DNA from: the human T2T-CHM13v2.0 reference genome, Homo sapiens
Strand: one strand, 5' to 3'
DNA length: 64,000 nt
Assembly: GCF_009914755.1 (NCBI RefSeq)
Contig: NC_060939.1
In this document: positions 25,215 through 39,520 of the stretch, piece by piece
How the letters are laid out: each line of letters starts with the position of its first letter
Numbering within the stretch: position 1 is the first letter of the stretch
Translations under genes and position numbers: made by a program
Notes under the pieces: model-generated
The model's database searches: none
What the model saw: only the letters and a program-made list of their open reading frames with translations
Told to the model about the DNA's origin: nothing

Positions 25215-25475
25215 GATATTGATGACTAGCAACAGTAGCTAACATGGGCTGTGGACTGACCCTGTGCTAGGCAGACCCCTGCTCCATGATTCACAAGAAA
25301 ATGGCTTGTCTGAGCTTCACTAGAACCCCTATGAGGTGGGTGCTATTATGTCCCCATTTTGCAGTTGAAGAAACAGGCTCAGGGAGGTTATTATAACTTC
25401 CCAAGGCCACACAGCTAGTGTTGCACAGCCAAAATTTAAACCCAGGTGGTCAGACATCCAGCTCATATTCTGCCT
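25215..25475 (-). mobile_element. MIR, near full length
   Basis: aacccctatgaggtgggtgctattatgtccccattttgcagttgaagaaacaggctcagggaggtt...cccaaggccacacagctagt. Confidence 0.85.
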
Positions 25476-25844
25476 CCCGACAGCCCTGATGTTGCACAAA
25501 CTCATCAGCCAAATGACCCTGAGAACAGGTTCAAGCCATACTTCGATGAGGTCACACTTGATGGCTGCCTTCAGGAGCCTGGCCCGCTCTCCAAGCTTGG
25601 AGAACGAAGCTGGGGAGATGGCTTCCTGAAAGGAGGTTAACCACAGGTGAACCAGAGTCTAAGCCCACGTGGGCCAGCCCTGCTTCCCTGGAGAGAAGAC
25701 TCAGCAAAGATCTTCCTACCTGGGCACCCTCTGAGAAAACAATGCTGCTGAGCTTGCATGAGAGAGCAGAGCAAAGGCCTGCAGTCCACGGCCAGAGCCC
25801 TGGCTCAGAGCCTGGCTGGGGCCCTCATTAGGTGTGAGGCTACT

Positions 25845-26800
25845 CCTGTTAGTGTTGCTGCATAAAGTCCCAAACTTGGTGGCATAACGCCGCCATTTAT
25901 TGTATTCACAGATGCTGTGCTTCGGGAATTCGGACAAGGTGCAACAGCGTCTACTTGCTTCATGGTGTCTAGGGCTTCATCTGGGGACGCTTGAAAACAA
26001 GGGTTGGGGGATGTGACTTGACAGCTGGGGGCTGGAACAATCTGGAGACATTTTTGCCCACGTGTCTGGTGGTTGATGCTGGCTGTCAGCTGGGACCACA
26101 GCTGGAGCTGTCACCAGAATACACAGAAGCGTCCTCCCCATGTGGCCTGGGCTTCCTCATGGGCCTCAGGGTAGTCAGACTTCTTGTGTAACAATTATAT
26201 TCATTTTCTAGGGGTGCCATAGGAAAGTACCACAAACCGGGTGGCTTAGAACAACAGAAAGTTGTCACCTTACAGTTCTGGAGGCTGGAAGTCCGAGATC
26301 AAGCTGTCAGCAGGGTGGGTTCCTTCTGAGGCTGTCAGGGAGGGATCTGCTCCAGGCCTTCCTCCTTGGCTTGTAGATAGCCATCTTCTCCCCGTGTCTG
26401 CACATCATCTTCCTTCTATGTGGGTCTCTCTACTCAAATTTCCCCCTTTTATAAGGGGGAAATTCATAATCCAATAAGTCATATTGGATCAGGGCCCACC
26501 TTAATGACCTCATCTTAACTTGATTACCTCTATGAAGATCCTATGTCCAAATAATTTCACATTCTTAGACATAAAAACTTGGGGGGATAACACAATTTAA
26601 CTTATGTGTCACTCCGGGCTCCAAAGGCAACTGTTCCAAGAGAACCAGCAGAAACCACATGGCCTTTTCTGAGCAGCCTTAGAAGTTGAGCTCCATTCTA
26701 TTTGGTTATAAGTAAGTCACTAAGGTCAGCCCAGATTCAAGGGGGAGGGACAGAGATCCCACCTCTTGGTTGGAAGAAGGTCAAATAATTTATGAACTTT
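25845..26800 (-). mobile_element. MLT1G/H-type MaLR LTR, split by a nested MLT1B
   Basis: gatgctggctgtcagctggg...ccatgtggcctgggcttcctc; resumes at about 26607 with aggtcagcccagattcaagggggagg...cccacctcttg. Confidence 0.75.
26195..26605 (-). mobile_element. MLT1B-type MaLR LTR, nested
   Basis: aagtaccacaaaccgggtggcttagaacaacagaaa...cagttctggaggctggaagtccgagatcaag...gggcccaccttaatgacctcatcttaacttgattac. Confidence 0.8.
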
Positions 26801-26809
26801 TTTTTTCTT

Positions 26810-27110
26810 TTTGAGATAGGTACTATTTTTATTCCTCTTTTATAGGCAGAGAAAGCAAATCCTAGCATGGTCAGGCAACTCACCCGGGGTCTGACAGTTA
26901 GTGGATGACAGGGCCAGCGCTGGATCTCAATACGGATGTGCTTTCAAACTTCCCTATGACCTGGTGCAAGTTATGTAACCTCAGTAAGCCTTGATTGCCT
27001 CATCTGTGAAATGGTGATAATGATACCCAATTCACAGAGTTGTTTTAAGTATTGAATGAGGTGAGTTATGTAAAATGCCCAGCACATTAGAGGAGCTCAA
27101 TTAATGATAA
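26810..27110. mobile_element. Two MIR fragments in opposite orientations
   Basis: gataggtactatttttattcctcttttatagg (-) and gcaagttatgtaacctcagtaagccttgattgcctcatctgtgaaatggtgataat (+). Confidence 0.7.
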
Positions 27111-27774
27111 TTCCTCTCCTCCTCCTCCTTTTTCTTCTTCTCCTAGCATCATTATTATTATTATCATCATTAATCTTAAAAGTGGAAACACGATGACAAG
27201 AGCTTTGCAGGGTAGGGTAATGAAAAAGCACCAGATGGGAGGTTAAACTCCTTGGATCTTCATTTGAGCTGTGGATGTTTACAGCTGCTAACCTTATTGT
27301 GAATGTATGGTGTGTCCAGCACAGAGCTGATCATTTCCACATTTGATCCTATTTAACCTGTACACCAGCTAGCAAAGGCCAGAACTCATATTTGAACCCA
27401 TGAGCCAATGCAATTCATCTCTATGCTATCCCACTTCTGACAAACAATCTGTAAGCTTTTTTTCCCCAGCAATAACAATATATTACCCATAATAATGGAG
27501 CAGGCACAAATGCCATGGCCCATGCTCTCATGTGTGCAAAGATTCAACTTTATTTGCCTTTCCATGAGAAACTGCTTCCTATCTTTAGTTCCCATTTCTC
27601 CCTAATGACAAAAAAACAAAAGGTAACCTAGTCATTTCCATGGAAAACCAATTGAATTCGGTGATTTCTCAAGTTAGGTTAAAGCTTGTTGAAATTTAGG
27701 ATTTTTCTCCCTGAAATGACATCTCAATTTCACAGGGAATGTACAGATCATTGTGTCTAAGACATGCCTGGTTT

Positions 27775-28197
27775 GTGGTGGTGATAGAGATGATATTAGG
27801 TTTTCCCAAGCCCCGTTTAATTTCCCTCATCCTGGGCACATGGACGACTGCATTTCCCAGCCTCTTTTGCAGTTAGGTTGGGGTCATGGTGTTAGTTCTG
27901 GCCAAGGGGCTGTAAGGGGATATACTGTATGTCATTTCCTTGCTAAGGCAGTGGGAAACCCCCTGTGCAGCCTTCCAGTCCTCCCTTTCTGCTGAGGCCA
28001 TCCTGGAAGTCAAAACTAAAATGGAGCAAACTGGACTCCTGAGTCATGGCTTGGAAGGGAGCTACTTAGGAGACCCTCACGACATGCAATGGATTAGACC
28101 ACAGTGAAAGAGAAACACATGTTCATGTGTCAAGCTACTAAGTTCTGGGGTATGTTTGTTACTACAGCAGAGCCTATCCTATCCTATGCTGATTATA
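27775..28197 (+). mobile_element. MLT1I/J-type MaLR LTR
   Basis: gactgcatttcccagcctcttttgcagttaggttggggtcatgg...ttctggccaa...aagctactaagttctggggtatgtttgttactacagca. Confidence 0.75.
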
Positions 28198-29109
28198 ACG
28201 AGTCATCCTGTGCTGGCTCCTAACGTCAACATTGATTTCCACTGGTATCTGCTGAAGCGACCAGCATTCCCACATGTCAGTGTCTACGGGACTGAACATA
28301 TCTCCATCTGGCCCCTGGCTTGCCCAGCCCTCTCTGCCACTGATGACTGTGTCTGCTTGTCACGTGAGAATTAGCCGCCAGCCTGGGCCTCTGGCTTCCA
28401 TTCTCTGCTCACTACCACATCCATCTCAGGAGCATAGGCAATTTGGGCTACTCTCCCAATCTACAGGCCCAGTAAGACTGCAGGAGACCCCATTGTCACT
28501 CTGCTGTCCCCACGCCCATCTCTTCTCAACAGCTCTCCTGCCCAGCAAGCTGGTGTAAGGTTCTCCTACCCTTTGCTTTCCCCAAAATTCATATAGGGGT
28601 TGCTTTGTCTTCCCCTGAGCCTGAGCCATCTGGTAGGACAGGAGGGCTCACAGACTTCTCCCTTCCAGCAGCCCCTTCTCCCTTGGCCTTGGCAACCTGG
28701 CTCTGGTCTGCACGTCACGTTGCTCATGTGGTCTCTTCTCCTGTCCTCTTTCCTTTCCACTCTTTGGGAAATACACTTTATGCTCCAATTTTTTAAGAGT
28801 TTTTAGTTTCTCTCTGAAACTCAGCAAACCATTTCTCTTTCAAAAAGCTTCCCTCTTGCATAGCCAAAAGTCTTGATTCACAAGATTACTTTTTCTTCTA
28901 TACATTTTTAAAGCCCATTTTGAAACTCCCAAGTCAAGAACTGGATTCTTTGGTATTTGTATTCTGCTGGTTCTTTTCTTTCCCAGGGAAAGGAGACCTC
29001 TGGAAGAATCAGAGCAACAAGGACATGCTGGGAGGGGTGGGAGCTGGATTCTGAATATGCATCTCTGCATATGATTGTGCTGCAATCATGAGGGACATTT
29101 GCATGGTGC

Positions 29110-29260
29110 CAGTGCACTTTAACCACTTACAATTCACAACAGCCCTGCTGTGTAGAATTACCTGTCTTTTACAGGTTGGGAAAGGGGCTTAGGAAGTTCA
29201 AGTGCCTTGCCCAGGATCAAATGGCAATGCCTAAACCTGGGGAGAGTGGTCTTTTTCTAG
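29110..29260 (-). mobile_element. MIR
   Basis: tcacaacagccctg...ttttacaggttgggaaaggggcttaggaagttcaagtgccttgcccaggatca. Confidence 0.65.
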
Positions 29261-29424
29261 GGCACGTGTCAACACAGCTAGAAAAGAAGCCCCCACCAGG
29301 AGAAGCCGGAGCCAAATGCATGGAGCCAGTGAAAGCTCCCAGCGTGTGACTGTGCCCAGCAAAACCACAAGAATCCTCAGGACCAGAATGTTGACAGTCA
29401 TGGACTGCCATACAATTCAAAAAA

Positions 29425-29542
29425 GAAATGTAAGCTCCAAGAGAGTAGAAGCTGTTCTGGTCAGCGCTGTATCCTTGGGTTCTAGAACAGTGTCTGGCCC
29501 ACAGCAAGAGCTCAAATGATATTAGTCAAATGAGTGAATGAA
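29425..29542 (+). mobile_element. L2 3' end
   Basis: aatgtaagctccaagagagtag...ctagaacagtgtctggcccacagcaagagctcaaatgatattagtcaaatgagtgaatgaa. Confidence 0.8.
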
Positions 29543-30075
29543 GTAAGAGGAAAAGGATCGGCTCTCAGGCACCTCATCATTTGGCTGAGAAAGCCAATTT
29601 CCGAAAGAAGGAAAATTAGAGAGCAGATTAAGTGCTAAACCAGGCGAAATTAACTATAAGCAAACGTAGATGCAATAAAGAATAAAAAATCAGTCTGTGG
29701 GTGAGGCCACCCACAGATCACAATCTGTCATAAATGTGTCACACACAGTGTCATATATGTCACACATGATATAAATGTCACACCTCTGGGTCACACATCT
29801 GAGATGCTCGAGGGTTGACTCTGAATGGCTTTATATAAGTCACGATGTACTGGGAGCTCCATTTCCTGTTAGTGGTTGATATGGGAACTTCTCTCAAGGG
29901 GAGACTTACTTTATCAGGGAAAATATGTTTTTAAGCAGATTAGGATAAAGAAGGACTCTAAAGGGTGCACTAAATCCACAGAAGATGGCTGCTTCAGGGA
30001 GGGACAGGGATTGGAAATTTCCAAAAGGAAACCTTCATGGGGTAAGAACAGTAGGGTCAGATCCTGAAAAAGACA

Positions 30076-30443
30076 TGTCTTTGTCTATTTTGTACTGTTA
30101 TAGCAGAATATCACAGATTGGGTAATGTACAGTGAACAGAAATTTATTGACCCACAGCTCTGGGGGCTGGGAAGTCTAAGATTGAGGAGCTGGCATCTGG
30201 GAAGGACCTTCCTGCTGCACCTTAACATGGCAGAAGGGCAGAGAGAGAGCACAAGAGAGAGCATAAGAGGGGAAAACCCACTCTTTATAAAAAACCCACT
30301 TCCATAATAATGGCATTAGTCCATTCATGAAGGTGGAGCCCTCATGACCTAAATATCTCTTAAAGGCCCTACCTCCCAATACCATCACAATGGCAATTAA
30401 ATACCACATGAGTTTGGAGAGGACAAGCATTCAAACCATAGCA
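30076..30443 (-). mobile_element. MST-type MaLR solo LTR
   Basis: TG...CA termini; tgtctttgtctattttgtactgttatagcagaata...catgagtttggagaggacaagcattcaaaccatagca. Confidence 0.85.
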
Positions 30444-31194
30444 AGATGGGGTACGCATGTCAGAGACAGAAGCCCCACAGTGGGATGATAAAGAAGGCGA
30501 TTTGAAGAAGAGGCTTTTCCAAGTAAAAATAATGTGCATTGTATCATGTCCCTTCACCAAGCACCAGTGAAGTCTCAATGAGATCACAATATGCCTGATA
30601 GGTTGATTGGCTTTCTTATGGCAAGAGGGACTTCTAGTTCCTGACTGGAGAGGAGCTGAAACAAAATCAAATGCATGCGCCCACACTTTTCTCACAAGAT
30701 TCGTGTGAGGGTTGCTAATCTAAGTACTTAATACCTGGGAAGTATTGGACACGGAAACCTTATTGACTCTACAGGTGCTCTGGGTTGGAGTGGGCTGGGG
30801 TAAGGTGGGCGGATTTAACCAATAAGATTCTGGAGGAATGGGGACTGAATACTAGTTCATTCTGTATAGTATATAACCAGTCAGGAGAGCTCAAGATATA
30901 GATGCTGTCATTCTTCCAGGCTGTGCCTGTGGCAGACATGACCAATGGATTGCAGCACTCTTTCTCATTGAGGCCAGACTTACACTCAGAATCCCTCTCC
31001 ACATTGGTCTCCAGGTAGCCACTATTAATGGGATAGAGTTGATGGGAGATTAAACCAATCTGCCTTCCTTAGCCTGAGCCAGAGGCCATAGGCCGGCAAC
31101 CCATGAGCTGGATGTAGACTGTTTTGTTTTTTGTCTTCCTTACGTAAGGTTTTGAACAAGTTTTTTTTGTTTGCTTGTTTGTTTTGTTTGGCTC

Positions 31195-31793
<599 letters not shown>

Positions 31794-31964
31794 TGAGCCT
31801 GCTTTCCTGCAAGGTAACAATTGCCTGTTGTTCAAGAGCAGCTGCCCACTGCCCCCCGGCCCCATGAAGGCTGAGGGCTGTCTAGTCCGGGGGTCCCTGC
31901 AGGCATTTTGGATTGGCTTCCATACCTGCCTCTCAGCTGAGGCCAGCTGAGCACACACAAAAGT

Positions 31965-32180
31965 AGACTCTGAAGATGGCCCGAGTTCCAGCCTCACCTC
32001 TGCCACGTATGGGTCATGTGACGTTGGACAAATCCCTCATCCTCATGGGGCCCTAACTTTCTCATTTGTAATGGGGGGTAATAGCAGTATTTACCTCAAG
32101 AAATAAGAGCTGTGAAGATTAAATTAATTAGAACAGTGCCTGGCACACAAGAATCACTAAAATAAGCTTAGCTCTCATTG
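31965..32180 (+). mobile_element. MIR
   Basis: gagttccagcctcacctctgccac...tgtgacgttggacaaatc...tttctcatttgtaatgggg...ttagaacagtgcctggcacaca. Confidence 0.8.
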
Positions 32181-32398
32181 CTTGACGTTTCCATAAACAC
32201 TCAAGTGTCTGTCTAGAATGGCACCATAATTCCTGCCTCACGGGCCACACAGTGTCTCTAGGGGCACAGATGAGCCCAGCTACCTGGGGGGTCCTTGCTG
32301 GGTGAGGGAGGGTCTCTGTGGTCCACCCTAGGCCTTGGAAGTGGATTTCCGTAGCTGCAGCACTGGGGCACACACGCAAGGGTATAGATTTGAACTCA

Positions 32399-32778
<380 letters not shown>

Positions 32779-33984
32779 TCACTTTTCAAAGAGTTAAAAG
32801 ATGAAGCTAACTAAAGTAGAGATGTTGGCTGACATTCATACTCAAAGCCTCGTAAGAAGGGCCCAGGGCTTCCCTAATGACATACTTTAATGGCGTGAGG
32901 ATTTTTTAAATGGACCCCAAAATAAGGCAAAAATAAACACAAAAAAGCCTCCAGCAGGGAGGCACGAAGCCTGAAAGGCAAATGGCATCCCTTCCTGCCC
33001 TCCTCAGCTCACGAGGCAGCTTCTTCCTGCCTTCTGAGTACAGGCGACTGACCTGCACACAGAGCACTTGGAGCCTTCTGACCTTCATGAAAGAAAGACT
33101 CTTGTGTCTGACCACCCCTCATCCTGGGAATATCCCACAGCCTCTAGAGGCTGCCTGCATCCCTGGGGACTCAGAGTGTCCATGGTGGCCCTGAGGCCAC
33201 AGCTGAGATTGTTGGTGGGGACATTCCTAGGGAGGGGTCTGTGCAGTGTGGGTGGCACATTAAGCAGGCAGCCAGAGGAGCACAAGGGTCGTGAAAAGAA
33301 AGGGGTGTTTTGGGGACACGAACAAATCTCCCCACCCTAGAGAGACGGAGCCCAGCCTGCGTTTGAACTGCATGCACTGTCTCCTCTGTATTTTACAGGA
33401 AAAGGCCATCCGTCAAGATTCAGCTGAATGAGTTCTTCCGATTCAGCCTCTTGTTCCTCCAGCTGTGCCAGCTTCTGCTTTGCAGGTCTTGCCAGGGTGA
33501 GAGGGTGTGAGTGTAGATCTGCCAGCGCCCCAAAGACCTTGGAGCATGTTCTATAGGCTCCAAAGCCACTTCTGAGCAGGAATGGAGGGGAAGGCTGGGA
33601 CCCTGAGGTGAGAGGAAGCAGTTAAGTCAACAAGCAAGATAAAAGGTGGAGCGGGGGCAGGGGTGGAAGACCAGAGAGGAAGGAAGTGCTGGGAGGAGAG
33701 GTGCCGTTTTTGTCCTTGCCATTTCAAGGATGGCAGGGAAGAGAAGGAGAAGAGAAGAGAAGAAGTTTTGCAGAGACTATGACGGGTGCCACGTCTAAGA
33801 TCTTTAGGGGAAATGCGAGTGAAGAGTGGAATCCATTTCCGATTGCTGAACTGTGCTATGATATTTTGAATCCAGCACTGCCCCAGGCCTGAGCTGCAGG
33901 AGCCCACAGCTTCTATGGGACTACCGAGGGCTGGGGTGGAGTGAGGGGTGAGGGCAGAGACACTCCATGAAAAAGGGATCTGTC

Positions 33985-34085
33985 CAGCAAGGACCGATGA
34001 GATGGAGAGACTCAAAATAACCAAGCTTGGTCCTGCCTTCAAGGAGCTCACGTCTGGCAGAGGCGAGAGAAATGTTGGAGAAACA
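33985..34085 (-). mobile_element. L2 fragment
   Basis: tggtcctgccttcaaggagctcacgtctggcagagg. Confidence 0.6.
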
Positions 34086-35356
34086 GATGTGAATCCCACA
34101 GATTCCCCGAGCGTGCAAATCCCTGGCACCACCCAGTCAGCCCCTTGCAGTTTCCCCAGGCGGGCAGCAGACACGCAGCCCACGTCTCCAAGGGCTGGCT
34201 GCGTGAGTGAACTGCCTTGAGGTCGCCTGGGCTCCCACGGACCCCGCCTTCGCCCTCTGTCCTCTTTGTGTGTTTCGTGACAGGAGGGACGTGCGACGTC
34301 CACATATTTTTCCTGGAGCAGGAGAGGGGTGGAGTCGGGGGAGGAAGGAGGTGGGGGCGGGAGAAGCAGGGGGCGGTACCCAGTGGTCTAAGCAGCCTGG
34401 GGGGCGGGTGGCTTGCCAGGGCGCTGGGCATGGCTGTCGGCAGGGACTGCAACATGTGCGTGTGGCACCCTGCCCAGGGGAGAAATCCGAAACAGCTTTC
34501 TACACGGAGCTGCTGCTCCTGCGTGCGGGCCCCACCCAGCTCAGAGCCAAACAGCTTAGGGAGCCAAGGGATGCCTTGAACCTTGCAGGGGACAGGAAGG
34601 AATCTCTCGGGCCAGGGTATTTGTAGCAGGTATAAAATTTATAATTAATATTCAGATGCTCAGAAATGTTAACTTTATTTTCTACCATTGAACCATTTGT
34701 TGGAGAGCCCCATTTCTGTTCAGTAGTGGAAAAATACAAACCTCGTCCATCCTGGAGAACGCAGTCACATCGAGTTTGCCGTTTAGTCCATTCCGGGGGT
34801 GAATTCAGTCTCTGGGAAGGGCTCAGTCTTCCCAGGAGGCATGTGAGAGCTTGGGAGCTCCATGTACAATCTTAGGAGGGGGCTGGGCCCTCTGGCTGGC
34901 AGGAAGTAAGCACCCTCCATTCTGGGATCCCCTAACCTGCTGGGGTCCCCATCCTTCCTCCTCCGGTGACAGAGGAGGGCGCTCACTCAGGCCTCAATTC
35001 TTTTACTCCACCCTCTCTCTTCATGCTCTTCTTCCAGCCCAGGAAAATGGGATGTACTGCATTCCTGTGTGGCAGGAAATTGCCCACATATTCTATCCTG
35101 CTCCTTTCCCATTCTAGAGCTGAAAAGCAAAACTCTCCACTCTTCTGCAGAACATGAAATAGTCTAATTCACAGCAGCAGAAAGGGGAATGAATGGCAGG
35201 GGCCAGGGGCAGGGGAGAGGGAAAAGGGGAGTGAGTGCTGAGTGGGGACAGAGTTTCAGTTTGGGAGATGAAGAAGTTCTAGAGATGGATGGTGGTGATG
35301 GTTGCACAACAATGTGAATATATGTAATGCCCTTGAATTGTACACTTACAAAATGG

Positions 35357-35560
35357 CTTGCGCCTGTCGTCTGGGCTACCCAGGTGGCTAAAGTGGGAGG
35401 ATCTCTTGAGGCGTGGAGTCGGAGGCTGCAGTGAGCTATGATCAAACCTGTGAATAGTCACTAGACGCCAGTGGAGTTCAGTGTCTCTGGGAGAAACATA
35501 GCGAGACCCTGTCTTTAAAAAATGAATAAATAAATAAAATAAACATAAAAAATAATTAAA
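35357..35560 (+). mobile_element. FAM (fossil Alu monomer)
   Basis: gcagtgagctatgatcaaacctgtgaatagtcact keeps the 7SL-derived CCTGTGAATAG segment absent from dimeric Alus; A-rich tail. Confidence 0.8.
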
Positions 35561-35589
35561 AAAAAATTTTTTTTAATTAAAAAAAAAAT

Positions 35590-35831
35590 GGGGGTGGTTG
35601 CTCACGCCTGTAATCCCAGCACTTTGGGAGGCCGAGGTGGACGGATCGCCTGAGGTCAGTAGTTCAAGACCAGCCTGGCTAACACAGTGAAACCCCATGT
35701 CTACTAAAAATACAAAAAATTACCCGGGCGTGGTGGCGGGCGCCTGTAATCCCAGCTACTTGGGAAGCTGAGCCAGGAGAATTGCTTGAACCAGGGAGGA
35801 GGAGGTTGCAGTGAGCAAGAGTCAAAAAAAA
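35590..35831 (+). mobile_element. AluS with a deletion near the 3' end
   Basis: Dimer jumps from gcagtgagcaaga directly to gtc(A)n, missing about 45 nt. Confidence 0.92.
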
Positions 35832-36308
35832 AGGTTGAAATGATACATTTTATGTTATGTGTATTTTACTACAAAAAAACAAAGCTCATGTCCAGTCTCT
35901 TCGGCTTTGGTGCCTGATAGGTTAAAGAATGCTTCTGGAATTTACAAGACTTCTTCCTCTCAAGTACTTGGCTCTTAGAATTGAAAGACTCACTCTTGTT
36001 TCTGAAATGGGTTTCAGGAGCTTATCCGGGATGTCAAGAAGGAATGTTGTCACTTTCTCTTTGTAATCCAGCTATAATAATCTCAATCCTCCCCTAGCAA
36101 AACTGGGGGGAAGGTCACTGACAAGGAAGCATGAAAAAAAGAAAAATAATTAATTAGTCTTAAGTGTTATCTCCTATTTTCAACAACCATGCATTAGAAG
36201 TGCTGGATTTGTCAAGAGATTGGAGTTTCATCTGTTTCTAGGACTGCTTGAGGTATCGAAGTTTACATTTAAGGGTCTCATTGTGATTAGTTTTAAGAAT
36301 ACAGAGAG

Positions 36309-36649
36309 ACAGCCATAAAAAAGGAATGAAATAATGGCCTTCACAGCAACCTGGATGGAATTGGAGACCATTATGCTAAGTGAAGTAACTCAGGACGTTC
36401 TCACTCCTAAGTGGGAGCTAAGCTATGAGGATGCAAAGGTATAAGAATGGCACAATGGACTTTGGGGACTCGGGTGAAAGGGTGGGAGGGGGTGAGGGAT
36501 AAAAGGCTACATATTGGGTACAGTGTGCACTGCTCAGGTGACGGCTGCACCCACATCTCAGAAATCACCGCTGAAGAACTTACTCATGTGACCAAACACC
36601 ATCTGTTCCCCAAAAACCTACTGAAATTAATTAAATAAATAAATAAATA
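36309..36649 (+). mobile_element. L1PB 3' end, 5'-truncated
   Basis: gtgggagctaagctatgaggatgcaaagg...ctcagaaatcacc...ctgttccccaaaaaccta; perfect 14-bp TSD aagaatacagagag (36295-36308, 36669-36682). Confidence 0.92.
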
Positions 36650-36769
36650 GGTACTTGGAGGCAACAAAAAGAATACAGAGAGGGGTAAGGGGTCTGGTGG
36701 GCAAAGTGGCGGCAAATCTATTCATTTATGTACTTACAGCACCTCAGCAAGGCACCTGCTATCTTCTAG

Positions 36770-37535
<766 letters not shown>

Positions 37536-37559
37536 TGAGTTGAAAAGCCAGCTGTACAC

Positions 37560-38900
<1,341 letters not shown>

Positions 38901-39158
38901 GAAGTGAAAGTCCTTCCCTCTACATTTCAAAACACCAACAGGCGAAAAGACCTATAGAACAACAAGGTATCAAAGGAGGCAACAAGTAAGTGAGGAAATG
39001 GGTGGCAATCTCTCTGGAGAAGTGGAGACCCTCTATTAGGAGGTCTTTCGGGGGGCTCAACAAATAGCACCCTTCTTCCCCACCCAACATCTGAAGCGAG
39101 TGAGAAATAAGTAGTAAGAGAGATATAACCCAAAATATCACCTTTATTACTGACACGA

Positions 39159-39520
39159 TGTCTTAGTTTGGGCTGCTATAACAAGGTACCATAAGACCAG
39201 GTGTCTTATAAACAGCAAGATTTTCTTTCTCATAGGCCTGGAAACTAGAAATTGGAGATCAAGGCACCAGCCTGGCTGAGTTCCGATGCAGGACCTCCTC
39301 CGGATTGCAGACGGCCACCTTTCCTCTGTCTTCACATGAGGACGAGAGGACAAGAGAGGTCTCTAGGGTCCCTTTTATAAGGGCGTGAATCCCATTTAAG
39401 AGGCCTTCACCCTCATGACCTAATCACCTCCCAAAGTCCCACCTCCTAATCCCATCACACTGGGAGTTAGGATTTCAACATGTAGATCTGGAGGAGACAC
39501 AAACATTCAGTCCATACACA
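39159..39520 (-). mobile_element. MLT1A0-type MaLR solo LTR
   Basis: tgtcttagtttgggctgctataacaaggtaccata...ccctcatgacctaatcacctcccaaa...gacacaaacattcagtccata. Confidence 0.88.

Larger units (their letters stand above)
35190..35880 (+). mobile_element. L1MB 3' UTR, split by FAM and Alu
   Basis: ggggacagagtttcagtttgggagatgaagaagttctagagatggatggtggtgatggttgcacaacaatgtgaat...aaaatgg, resuming as ggttgaaatgatacattttatgttatgtgtattttac. Confidence 0.9.

Noticed and set aside
33551-34303. 250-aa minus-strand ORF
   Set aside because: Ser/Leu/Pro-rich, no recognisable domain, non-ATG start, overlaps an L2 fragment; consistent with a chance frame.
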